From assembly GCA_002269645.1 (NCBI GenBank), contig NIVC01003745.1, forward strand, positions 1-64,000: 64,000 bases of DNA. Direction: 5' to 3'. Within the stretch, counting starts at the first letter, position 1. Each line of letters opens with the position of its first letter. The translations under genes and the position numbers were made by a program. Of this stretch, positions 47,817 through 60,000 are shown one piece after another. The notes beneath the pieces were generated by a model. It ran no database searches. It was not told where the DNA came from and was given only the letters and a program-made list of their open reading frames with translations. Origin of the DNA: Macrostomum lignano (taxonomy: Eukaryota).

Positions 47817-48650
47817 CCATGAACTCGGCTAGCAAGAGGCGCAGAATGGAAAAGCTTTATTGGACAAGACAGAACTCTGCAATTCGCTTGTTGCTGGTCT
47901 CCCAAATCCATGTTTCATATTGAAGTTAGAGGTACACAAAAAACCTATATTTGGCGTTGGAAATTTCAGTATTAATGTCTGGGATTTGGAGTGCTGCGAG
48001 ACTGATTGATGCAGAAGTCACTAACAGACTTAGATTCTTTCTTCAAATCCGCTTTGTACTCACACTCAGACTGTACTCAGACTGAGTGTTAGAGCTATAA
48101 TAAAACATAAATAAATGAAGCTCAAGCACAGCGAATGAAACAGACGCAGTCTTGCCGTAAAAAAAGGCATTTATTGATTGCTCACTAGCAAGCACACAAT
48201 GGGATACAAAGCTTTCTCCAGGTTTATCTTAATAAAAATGCGCGAACAAATGACTCGCCAAAACTTAGCAATCTGGAATGGAAACCCGCTGGCCCCAGCT
48301 CAAGCTGCTTTACGTAATGACTGACGTCGGATCTTCAACAGTAAAACTGCTTGCGGAACTTACTTAGCCGGGCATGGAAATTGCGATGGGGCCAGCTTGT
48401 TCCTCCCCATACTTCCAAGTACCAGATAGAAGTCCTTGACCAGCAGCAGACTAACCAGCAATTTTCGCCCGAATGCGAGCTCCAAGCCTTCAAGGCCGTT
48501 CAGACAGTGTAGGATTCCTTTTTTAAGATGCAAATTAAAAACCATGCTTCATCAAGAAGCAGAAACAACTGTCGGAGAATCCCCTACTTGTCAGTTCTAC
48601 TGCTAAAGGAACAGAAAAAACGCAGTCACGTGACCGGCTCAAGCAGGAAC

Positions 48651-50072
48651 TCAGCCGGAAGCCACGGCGGCGCTGCTGCTGGCGGCGCTGGCAGCCAGGC
48701 TCTGGTCGTACCTCAGCTTGCTCCAGCGCTGGTTCACCGGCAGGAACGGGTCGGACAGGACCCAGTTGTGCACTTCGTTGCCGCGCACTGTGAAGTACTT
48801 CTTGCCGATGCTGTCCCCAGCATGGCCCGCAGCAGGGTGTTCCGGCGCACCTGCTTCTGGTAGAAGCTGGCGCCACCCCGCGGATAGGCGGCGGCTGCGC
48901 GCTTGTCTACGCGGGCGTCCAGCGATTTGCGGTACGCGGAGTGCCACTGGTAGGCCATGACGGCCCACAGGCTGGTGGAGGCCGCCACCAGAGCGGACAG
49001 CAGCAAATTCCTCCCTAGGCGGGGCGAGCAAACAGGGGGCTCGTGTTAGAGAATTCAGTGTGGCGTCTGTGCGACAGGCGTCACGGCCCTGTGGAAGCTT
49101 GCGTGCCTGCGTACGTAGCTGTGTGCCTATGCGTGCTCAGGTGTGCATGTCTACGATGACCTCTTCCTGCACCCAGCCAGAGCATGACTACAAAGCAATT
49201 GAAAACTCAGCAAATCGCTCACTGTTGGCCCGGCCTTTCAACAGGTTATCAACAAACTGCCGACCGCTGCCCCTGGTGAACCAGAAGGTGGTGCCGATCA
49301 CCCCGCTGGCTGCCAGGGTGCCGACAGCGGGCGGCACGTGGACAGCGTAGGAGTTCAGGTAGGCGAGCTCTCGTGCGAGCGCGAAGCCCAGCTCGTCCTG
49401 ATTGAGCAGCAGGCAGTCGCGGTACAGCTCCCGGCCGCGCTTCGTGTTCAGCGATAGCGGCCTGTCGTCAAAGAAGAAGACGTGCCGCTGCTCCTTGTCA
49501 CTGGCCGAGTAGCCGAAGTGCTGCGGCAGGCCGAGGAAGGCCTGCGAAAAAGCAGCAATGCGAGCCTCAGCAGTACGCATCAAAGTGTCGGACTGTTTGA
49601 GTAAAACAGAAAAACTGAGCTTTCAAGGTGATTGAGAAACGAATGAGAAGTGATTCAATTGCTTTTCAGGCACCCACAGAGACGGTAAAGCCACGTGCGT
49701 CACGGCTTGGATCGGGAAGAAAAGGCAGCAGGACAACTAGGAACAATCAGGGATTCTTACCTGAAAGCCCTGGCTGGCGGACAGCCGGCCGAAGCGCACC
49801 GGGTCGACGCCGCGGCCGACGAACAGGCTGAGCTGGTCAATGCAGGCCGGCTGAATGCCCAGCCTGTCCGCTGCGGCTCTCAGAGCGGAGCGGAGCTCCT
49901 GGGACACGGCGAGCATCTCGGAGCTGCCCTGCTGGGTGCAGGCGCAGCGGTAGGCCCGGTAGGACTGCGTCAGGTTGTGCAGCCCGTAGTATGCGGCATC
50001 TGCGGCCAGCGTGCCGGCCAGCATGGCCGACAGCAGCTTGTGGGAGCGGATCAGCGACAGCAAGTGGGACAT
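48651..50072 (-). CDS. TMEM177: TMEM177-like mitochondrial inner-membrane protein
   Basis: Exons 50072-49761, 49541-49265 (donor less certain) and 49014-48651 (1 nt short at CCCC 48815-48818). Motifs FALARELAYL, AY.RGGASFYQK, N.LLRAMLG, and FLP..QR match TMEM177 as I recall it. Confidence 0.78.
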
Positions 50073-50089
50073 GCGGCTGCGAATGGGGA

Positions 50090-50977
50090 GGAGGGTGCAG
50101 ATGAGGATTGGAGGATTGGAGAGGGTGCAGATGAGGATTGGAGAGGGTGCAGATGAGGATTGGAGAGGGTGCAGATGAGGATTGGAGAGGTTGCAGATGA
50201 GGATTGGAGAGGGTGCAGATGAGGATTGGAGAGGGTGCAGAAGAGGATTGGAGAGGGTGCAGATGAATATTGGAGAGGGTGCAGATGAGGATTTGAAAGG
50301 GTGCAGATGAGGATTGGAGAGGGTGCAGATGAGGATTGGAGAGGGTGTAGAAGAGGATTGGAGAGGGTGCAGATGAGGATTGGAGAGGGTGCAGAAGAGG
50401 ATTGGAGAGGGTGCAGAAGAGGATTGGAGAGGGTGCAGATGAGGATTGGAGAGGGTGCAGAAGAGGATTGGAGAGGGTGCAGAAGAGGATTGGAGAGGGT
50501 GCAGATGAGGATTGGAGAGGGTGCAGAAGAGGATTGGAGAGGGTGCAGAAGAGGATTGGAGAGGGTGCAGAAGAGGATTGGAGAGGGTGCAGATGAGGAT
50601 TGGAGAGGGTGCAGATGAGGATTGGAGAGGGTGCAGAAGAGGATTGGAGAGGGTGCAGAAGAGGATTGGAGAGGGTGCAGAAGAGGATTGGAGAGGGTGC
50701 AGAAGAGGATTGGAGAGGGTGCAGAAGAGGATTGGAGAGGGTGCAGAAGAGGATTGGAGAGGGTGCAGATGAGGATTGGAGAGGGTGCAGATGAGGATTG
50801 GAGAGGGTGCAGAAGAGGATTGGAGAGGGTGCAGATGAGGATTGGAGAGGGTGCAGAAGAGGATTGGAGAGGGTGCAGATGAGGATTGGAGAGGGTGCAG
50901 ATGAGGATTGGAGAGGGTGCAGATGAGGATTAGAGAGGGTGCAGATGAGGATTGGAGAGGGTGCAGATGAGGATTGG
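50090..50977. repeat. 22-bp repeat (GAGAGGGTGCAGA[T/A]GAGGATTG, ~40 copies) directly upstream of the TMEM177 start
   Basis: Read directly. Confidence 0.95.
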
Positions 50978-51576
50978 TGAGTGAATCGCAGTAGTTAGGT
51001 AAATTGTACAAGGCTTTACTACTAGCAGTAAGCCAAAAGCAAGACAAAGAAGCGGTGCTTTTCTGCAGCAAGGCTAATTCAGCTGAGCAGCAGTTGTATT
51101 ATCAAAGCGTAGAAATTATCAATCATCAGGGCAGGTGGGCAAAGAGACTCAGTCGGATTGACAATCAGCGAGAAATCAACACTTGATATTCTACTGAAAT
51201 AAAATGACTCGTATGTACAAGGGTTACAAGGACTCAATGAGTGGACATGAAACTCATATGATAATACTTGAAACCAGAGACTATCATATGAGCATGCAGA
51301 CAGACAGAACAGCTCTCAAACAGAACAATTAATCTCTTTCGACAGGATATTACAGACGAATCTTATTAAATAGCTCATTCTGGTGACATTGGGCCATGAA
51401 GAACTAAATAGAATAAACCAGCATTCCCTGCAGAAAATGCAGAATCCGGTATTCAGCACGCAGTGCCAACACCAGCTGACAGAAGTTGGGACCCAGCAGC
51501 TCCACATTGATTGGAGACTAAACGATGTTGCAATTAAAAAGCATCGAATGGCCCAGCGTAGGCAGGGACGCAGCAA

Positions 51577-54500
51577 TCAGACAGGCCGCTGGAACTCGCT
51601 GGCCGGCTTCAGTGGCAGCAGTTCGCCAAAGTAGAAGTGCTGGATGATGGGGAACTTTGCCAGAATCTCCGCCTTGTACATCTTCACCAGGCCGGAGTTC
51701 ACCTTGTCCCAGGAGTACACCCCGCTGATGCCGTGCAGCGTGCTGGAGTGCTCCTCGAAGGGACCGGACTTCACCTGCGGTTGGAGAGGAGCAGTGAGTT
51801 AGAGGCGACTCACTGTGTGCTGCGGTGGGGATTCCCAGTGTTCTGCAGTGGGGATTCCCAGTGTGCTGCGGTGGGGATTCCCAGTGTTCTGCAGTGGGGA
51901 TTCCCAGTGTGCTGCGGTGGGGATTCCCAGTGTGCTGCGGTGGGGATTCCCAGTGTGCTGCGGTGGGGATTCCCAGTGTGCTGCGGTGGGGATTCCCAGT
52001 GTGCTGCGGTGGGGATTCCCAGTGTTCTGCAGTGGGGATTCCCAGTGTGCTGCAGTGGGGATTCCCAGTGTGCTGCAGTGGGGATTCCCAGTGTTCTGCA
52101 GTGGGGATTCCCAGTGTGCTGCGGTGGGGATTCCCAGTGTGCTGCGGTGGGGATTCCCAGTGTTCTGCAGTGGGGATTCCCAGTGTGCTGCGGTGGGGAT
52201 TCCCAGTGTTCTGCAGTGGGGATTCCCAGTGTGCTGCAGTGGGGATTCCCAGTGTTCTGCAGTGGGGATTCCCAGTGTGCTGCGGTGGGGATTCCCAGTG
52301 TGCTGCGGTGGGGATTCCCAGTGTGCTGCGGTGGGGATTCCCAGTGTGCTGCGGTGGGGATTCCCAGTGTGCTGCGGTGGGGATTCCCAGTGTGCTGCGG
52401 TGGGGATTCCCAGTGTGCTGCGGTGGGGATTCCCAGTGTTCTGCAGTGGGGATTCCCAGTGTGCTGCGGTGGGGATTCCCAGTGTGCTGCGGTGGGGATT
52501 CCCAGTGTTCTGCAGTGGGGATTCCCAGTGTGCTGCGGTGGGGATTCCCAGTGTGCTGCGGTGGGGATTCCCAGTGTGCTGCGGTGGGGATTCCCAGTGT
52601 GCTGCGGTGGGGATTCCCAGTGTGCTGCGGTGGGGATTCCCAGTGTGCTGCGGTGGGGATTCCCAGTGTGCTGCGGTGGGGATTCCCAGTGTTCTGCAGT
52701 GGGGATTCCCAGTGTGCTGCAGTGGGGATTCCCAGTGTGCTGCGGTGGGGATTCCCAGTGTGCTGCGGTGGGGATTCCCAGTGTGCTGCGGTGGGGATTC
52801 CCAGTGTGCTGCAGTGGGGATTCCCAGTGTGCTGCGGTGGGGATTCCCAGTGTGCTGCGGTGGGGATTCCCAGTGTGCTGCGGTGGGGATTCCCAGTGTT
52901 CTGCAGTGGGGATTCCCAGTGTGCTGCAGTGGGGATTCCCAGTGTTCTGCAGTGGGGATTCCCAGTGTGCTGCGGTGGGGATTCCCAGTGTTCTGCAGTG
53001 GGGATCCCCAGTGTGCTGCGGTGGGGATTCCCAGTGTGCTGCAGTGGGGATTCCCAGTGTGCTGCAGTGGGGATTCCCAGCCCAGTCTTCCGCAGTGGGG
53101 ATTCTCAGTGTGCTGCGGTGGGGATTCCCAGTGTGCTGCGGTGTGGATTCCCAGTGTGCTGCGGTGGAGATTCCCAGTGTTCTGCAGTGGGGATCCCCAG
53201 TGTGCTGCGGTGGGGATCCCCAGTGTTCTGCAGTGGGGATTCCCAGTGTGCTGCGGTGGGGATTCCCAGTGTGCTGCGGTGGGGATTCCCAGTGTGCTGC
53301 GGTGGGGATTCCCAGTGTGCTGCGGTGGGGATTCCCAGTGTGCTGCGGTGGGGATTCCCAGTGTGCTGCGGTGGGGATTCCCAGTGTTCTGCAGTGGGGA
53401 TTCCCAGTGTGCTGCAGTGGGGATTCCCAGTGTTCTGCAGTGGGGATTCCCAGTGTGCTGCGGTGGGGATTCCCAGTGTTCTGCAGTGGGGATCCCCAGT
53501 GTGCTGCGGTGGGGATTCCCAGTGTGCTGCAGTGGGGATTCCCAGTGTGCTGCAGTGGGGATTCCCAGCCCAGTCTTCCGCAGTGGGGATTCTCAGTGTG
53601 CTGCGGTGGGGATTCCCAGTGTGCTGCGGTGTGGATTCCCAGTGTGCTGCGGTGGAGATTCCCAGTGTTCTGCAGTGGGGATCCCCAGTGTGCTGCGGTG
53701 GGGATCCCCAGTGTTCTGCGGTGGGGATTCCCAGTGTGCTGCGGTGGGGATTCCCAGTGTGCTGCGGTGGGGATTCCCAGTGTGCTGCGGTGGGGATTCC
53801 CAGTGTGCTGCGGTGGGGATTCCCAGTGTGCTGCGGTGGGGATTCCCAGTGTGCTGCGGTGGGGATTCCCAGTGTGCTGCGGTGGGGATTCCCAGTGTTC
53901 TGCAGTGGGGATTCCCAGTGTGCTGCAGTGGGGATTCCCAGTGTTCTGCAGTGGGGATTCCCAGTGTGCTGCGGTGGGGATTCCCAGTGTTCTGCAGTGG
54001 GGATCCCCAGTGTGCTGCGGTGGGGATTCCCAGTGTGCTGCAGTGGGGATTCCCAGTGTGCTGCAGTGGGGATTCCCAGCCCAGTCTTCCGCAGTGGGGA
54101 TTCTCAGTGTGCTGCGGTGGGGATTCCCAGTGTGCTGCGGTGTGGATACCCAGTGTGCTGCGGTGGAGATTCCCAGTGTTCTGCAGTGGGGATCCCCAGT
54201 GTGCTGCGGTGGGGATCCCCAGTGTTCTGCAGTGGGGATTCCCAGTGTGCTGCGGTGGGGATCCCCAGTGTTCTGCAGTGGGGATTCCCAGTGTGCTACG
54301 GTGGGGATCCCCAGTGTTCTGCAGTGGGGATTCTCAGTGCGCTGCAGTGGGGATCCCAAGTGCGCTGCAGTGTGTCACCTTGAATATGTAGTCGAGGCAG
54401 CCGAAGAAGAGGTTCTCCTTGGCCAGCTGCTCCGCCTTGCTCCTGTTGGGAATGTCGGCCGGCTGCACCTTTGGATTGCCGATCAGCTGCGCGCTGCCCC

Positions 54501-55615
54501 AGATGAAGGGCACGAACTGGAAGTCGTCCAAGCACCAGACTCCGTGGCTGCCAGCCGGCTCCATGCGGTAGGTCACCTGGCATGAGCGGGAATGCAAACC
54601 ATCCGGCATGTAGAAGGTAGAAAATCCTTGCATACTAATCTAAGCCTACGATTAAACCTTAAGTCCGAACGGGCCCTCAGAAGCAACTGAAGTCAGCACC
54701 AATCAGCCAGATTCCCAGATCCCAGCTTCTGCATCCAGTCACAGATCCCAGCTTCTGCATCCGCAACACCGCAGATCCCAGCTTCTGCATCCGCAACACC
54801 GCAGATCCCAGCTTCTGCATCCACAGTCACAGATCCCAGCTTCTGCATCCGCAACACCGCAGATCCCAGCTTCTGCTTCCAGTCACAGATCCCAGCTTCT
54901 GCATCCACAGTCACAGATCCCAGCTTCTGCATCCAGTCACAGATCCCAGCTTCTGCATCCGCAACGCCGCAGATCCCAGCTTCTGCATCCACAGCCGCAG
55001 ATCCCAGCTTCTGCATCCACAGCCGCAGATCCCAGCCTCTGCTCCAGCATCCGCACTCATAGCTCCCAAAACGCTCACCTGCAAACGCCGCACCAGGTCC
55101 AGGTAGCGGGCAAACACGGAGAGCGCAACAGCGGCGCAGTCGGCGGTGACGAGGAAGCCCGACTTGAACAGGCAGCAGAGGAAGGCCACAAAGGCCAGCT
55201 CATGGCCGGTGCCGTAGTCGATGCGGGTGCCGTTGCCAAACGATTCGACAAAGTAGCGGACGAGCTCGGCGCGCCGCTGCTCCGACAGATCCTGGCTGAG
55301 GCCGTCGGCCAGGCAGTCGGCCAGCAGGCCGGGCGCCTCGGACTCGAGCCGCTGCAGCCAGGTCTTGAAGGCGCGGTTGCCGAACCTGGCCGGCTGCTCT
55401 ACCGGCGGAATCTCGTCAATCCAGGAGTCCAGCTTGGCCAGCAGGGAGTTGAGGCGGCCGCAGCGCTCGGACACAGAGTAGCTGTCCGGGCCGGCCTGCA
55501 GCGGCTTGCCCCGCACCGAGCTACTCACTGCCGCGATGAAGCCCAGAATCTCCTGGTAGGCCAGCGACCGCTCCCAGTCGCGCATGTTGGCTGGTGACCG
55601 CACGAGCTTCTCCAT
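51577..55615 (-). CDS. PTPA: Serine/threonine phosphatase 2A activator (PPP2R4)
   Basis: Exons 55615-55079, 54576-54379 and 51774-51577, all phase 0 and intact. [73 protein letters not shown]. Confidence 0.96.
51815..54370. repeat. 23-bp minisatellite (GTGGGGATTCCCAGTGT[G/T]CTGC[G/A], ~110 copies) filling PTPA intron 2
   Basis: Read directly; has higher-order blocks. Confidence 0.96.
54710..55040. repeat. Variable-length repeat with core CAGATCCCAGCTTCTGCATCC in PTPA intron 1
   Basis: Read directly. Confidence 0.9.
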
Positions 55616-55819
55616 GGCAGATCGGGGCGGCTGCTGCGGGCAGGGAAGTTCAGTGCCGCAATAATCAAAGGCGGGCTTGAGAGGCTGCCAGCAGAAAGCG
55701 AAATTTAAATTCGAAATTTAATTAGGCCATAATTTTATTGTTTACGTAGCGAAAAATTCTGTCACTTTCACTTTCCAAAAATTTACCTGATCAAAATTGC
55801 GAGCTTGTAACGTTTTGGG

Positions 55820-56055
55820 TTAGTGAAGATAAAGACCTCTATGCATTAAAGGTTAGTGAAGATAAAGACCTCCATGCATTAAAGGTTAGTGAAGATAAAG
55901 ACCTCCATGCATTAAAGGTTAGTGAAGATAAAGACCTCCATGCATTAAAGGTTAGTGAAGATAAAGACCTCCATGCATTAAAGGTTAGTGAAGATAAAGA
56001 CCTCCATGCATTAAAGGTTAGTGAAAATAAAGACCTTAATGCATTAAAGGTTAGT
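55820..56055. repeat. 33-bp tandem repeat (GGTTAGTGAAGATAAAGACCTCCATGCATTAAA, ~7 copies)
   Basis: Read directly. Confidence 0.93.
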
Positions 56056-56151
56056 AAAATTTTGGTAAATCATCAGAGAATATTTCCTAGCTTGTCACCT
56101 ACAGCTGTTTGAATAAAAAACGCAAGAATCATATGAAAAAGCATTATTATA

Positions 56152-56929
56152 CGAGGGGTGTCCCAAAAGCAGTGTCACTTCTCACCACATCTCTCGTGCT
56201 GCTGATCCAAATAACATCATTTTGCACAGATTTATAGCGGCAACTCTCTTCTTCATATTAATTTTAACATCATTAAAAACAGACAATGGAAACAAAAGTT
56301 ATGAACCAAAATGTAGCAGGAACTCGACCATAGACTTACAGCAAGTAAGCAAGTTAACAAAAATTCGAAGTGGTAGCTCACAAACAGGTAACAGGCTGCA
56401 GTGAATGCTGCAAAATGACTGCGGTGAATGACTGCGATAGACCTATGAGCCGATGAAAGTTGAGCATGAATCTCGGCTCGACTGTGCCCCGTCCCCAAAA
56501 GGGTGTATAACACACTCCTCTGAGCAACACTTGAATGCACATCCCTGACTTTTAGCGCAGCAGAAGGAGGGAACAAAAAGCAATAAAGCTGAAGCCCAGT
56601 TTGAAATATTCTGTTGCTTTAAAAGCTATATGCTTCTCCAAGTTTTTCCATAGACATCTCTTTGTCACAGCAGCCTAACAAAGAAGTCTGAGTGCATTCA
56701 ATCAAAACTTTCGCTACTTTCCGCTATCTTGTCGAATTACTGTAAGTCTATGGTCGAGTTCCTGCCACATTTCAGTTCATAACTTTTGGTTCCATTGTCT
56801 GTTTTTAATGATATTAAAGTTAATATAAAGAAGAGAGTTGCCGCTATAAATCTGTGCAAAATGATGTTATTTGGATCAGCAGAACGAGAGATACAGTGAA
56901 AAGCAACACCACTTTTGGGGCACCCCTCC
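56152..56929. mobile_element. Tc1/mariner-like MITE with ~190-bp terminal inverted repeats
   Basis: 56152-56344 is the near-perfect reverse complement of 56737-56929. TA on both sides (56150-56151, 56930-56931). Terminus CGAGGGGTG. No convincing transposase ORF. Confidence 0.88.
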
Positions 56930-56947
56930 TAGCAACAATATTATATA

Positions 56948-56953
56948 TTTATT
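56948..56953 (-). terminator. Candidate polyadenylation signal of PPIL2
   Basis: AATAAA on the minus strand ~140 nt after the stop codon. Confidence 0.5.
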
Positions 56954-57094
56954 GCGTGCTTGCTCAGTTTAAGCTTGAGGCAAAAATTTCGCACAGCACA
57001 AATACAGCTGGAGCAGAGGAGTGAGTTGGTCAGGGCCACGCAGCATCAAGAGCAAGCAAATCAGAGTTTCTTAGAAACGCAGAACTGGTGGCCA

Positions 57095-60000
57095 TCACCA
57101 GCCGCTGAAGTCGCTCAGCTGGCTCGTGTCCTTCACAGAGCGGGGCTTCTTGGGCGGCCCCGAATCCGGCTGAGCCTGCGGGACTTGCCGCTTGCCCTGC
57201 TGCTGCTTCTGCAGCTGGCGCAGGTTGAGGAACTGCCCGACGCCGGTGCCGAAGGCCTTCTTCGGCTGCGAGGTCACCGCGGGAGTCGCCGAGGTGGTGG
57301 CGGCGGACTGCGAGGAAGCGGGAGCGGCTGCAGAGGCGATAGCGGCCCGCTCAGAGGCCAGAGCTGCGTCCACCTGCTCGAAGGGGTCCACGAACACCTG
57401 CGAATATCGGCGTGGTGCGGGGGGCGGGGTGAGGAGACTCCAGCCACAACCGCCTTTACTTACTGATTTCACAGTTTGCGCCCTCAGAACAGATTCAGCA
57501 AAAATATCACAAGTAACCAAAATAAAGCTGGCATTTCACTGAGCTCTGCAGCCAAGAATACAAGTACATCCGCACTCAGTGACCTGAGCTCTGCAGCCAG
57601 GAATACAAGTACATCCGCACTCAGTGACCCGAGCTCTGCAGCCAAGAATACAAGTACATCCGCACTCACTGACCTGAGCTCTGCAGCCAAGAATACAAGT
57701 ACATCCGCACTCACTGACCTGAGCTCTGCAGCCAAGAATACAAATACATCCGCACTCAGTGACCCGAGCTCTGCAGCCAAGAATACAAGTACATCCGCAC
57801 TCAGTGACCTGAGCTCTGCAGCCAAGAATACAAGTACATCCGCACTCAGTGACCCGAGCTCTGCAGCCAAGAATACAAGTACATCCGCACTCAGTGACCT
57901 GAGCTCTGCAGCCAAGAATACAAGTACATCCGCACTCAGTGACCCGAGCTCTGCAGCCAAGAATACAAGTACATCCGCACTCACTGACCCGAGCTCTGCA
58001 GCCAAGAATACAAGTACATCCGCACTCAGTGACCTGAGCTCTGCAGCCAAGAATACAAGTACATCCGCACTCAGTGACCTGAGCTCTGCAGCCAAGAATA
58101 CAAGTACATCCGCACTCAGTGACCCGAGCTCTGCAGCCAAGAATACAAGTACATCCGCACTCACTGACCCGAGCTCTGCAGCCAAGAATACAAGTACATC
58201 CGCACTCAGTGACCTGAGCTCTGCAGCCAAGAATATAAGTACATCCGCACTCAGTGACCTGAGCTCTGCAGCCAAGAATACAAGTACATCCGCACTCAGT
58301 GACCTGAGCTCTGCAGCCAAGAATACAAGTACATCCGCACTCAGTGACCTGAGCTCTGCAGCCAAGAATACAAGTACATCCGCACTCAGTGACCTGATTT
58401 CTGCAGCCAAGAATACAAGTACATCCGCACTCAGTGACCTGAGCTCTGCAGCCAAGAATACAAGTACATCCGCACTCAGTGACCTTTGCTCTGCAGCAAA
58501 GAATAAAAGTACATCCGCAATGTAATTAATTAACAATTTCATTCTGACGTGTTGGGGGTTGTCGCTGACTATTGACTGGCTAGATATTAAACTGACTCAC
58601 TTTGTGCCCTACTTACCCTGCATAGCGTCCACCCCACTCATGCGTACATCAATGCGCACATAGCGTACTTTCAAATCTAACTTTTATCAATAACTCAAAT
58701 ATCGTTTTATACCACTACGTATTTAAATAACTGAATCTAGCTTTTCTTTGTTGTAATATTTACTCAGCAAATATATCAGTTCGCTGCATTATTGTTCAAA
58801 TTAAACAAGCCTTGTCTGCGTCGCGTCACATCCTGCAGCCAAATCACTGAACTCTGCAGCCAAGAATAAAAGTACATCCGCACTCAGTGACTCGAACTCT
58901 GCATCCAGGAATAAAAGTACATCCGCACTCAGTGACTGAGCTCTTCAGCCAAGAATAAAAGCTTACCTGGGCACTGAGAATTCGCACGTCCTCAATCGGC
59001 CGGTCATTCTTGTCAACCTCAACGGTCTCGATTCGGTCCAGCGTGTCCGAGCCGCCGACCAGTCGGCCGAACACGGTGTGCCGCCTGTCCAGATGCCGAC
59101 AGGACCTGTAGGTGATGAAGAACTGGCTGCGGTTCGAGTTCGGGCCCGAGTTCGCCATGCTCAGCACGCCGCGGCTGTCGTGATTGAGAAACGGGCGCAG
59201 CTCGTCGCGGATGGAGCCGCCCCAGGCGCTCTCACCGCCCGAGCCCGTGCCGGTGGGGTCGCCGCCCTGCAGCACGAAATGGCGCACGGATCTGGGAGTG
59301 ACAGTCCGGGAGTGACGGAGTGGCATGAATTTCAAGTCGTGACGCTTTTAGAATTAATCTGATCGAATCTTCACCAGATAAGTTTTTATCCGGGTGTCCA
59401 AGACTGAGATTTGAGCTCGCGATAGGCCAGAGCCGCTGAGCCAGGACCTCAGCCACGGACACACGGATTCAAAGTTCTATCAAATGATCAGTACGCCGCA
59501 CTTTTGCGCGCACACTCGAGATCTGCTTCAAATTCATTTTTTTCAACTCGTTAGTAGGCCGGGCTATTTTTAATATGCGACTGACACAATAATTCATCTT
59601 ATTAAAGTCTTCACAATAAATGAAGCCCGCAAGTCTCACCTATGAAACACGGTGCCATTGTAGTAACCCTTGCGGCACAGAAGGATGAAATTCTCGCAAG
59701 TCTTCGGACAGTGCTCGCAGTCCAGCTCCAGGTTCAGCTGGCCGAAGTTGGTCTCCAGGCGGACGTAGCCTTTTGTTTTGACCCGGGGTACCTCACCTGG
59801 TCGTCATCGAGCCTGGCCGCTTCCAGGTGGGTCACTCGGTCCATTGTGGTGGAGGTGAAGCTAGCCGCCGCTGCGCCAGTTGAGTAATGAGCTGCATTGA
59901 TGGTGTCATCTGCCTGCGGGAGGTCGGATTGAACTCACTGCTCAGCATGTCGCACTCAGCCCCTTGAACTCTGTATCCCATCTAAATCCCATCTGCTTGA

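Noticed and set aside
51637-54585. Very long ORFs (850-980 aa) in several frames, and similar ORFs at 6-1163, 9217-9903, 10167-11641, 26297-27185, 49737-51071 and 57476-58542
   Set aside because: They are translations of stop-free tandem units that lie in introns or intergenic DNA and are open in several frames at once.
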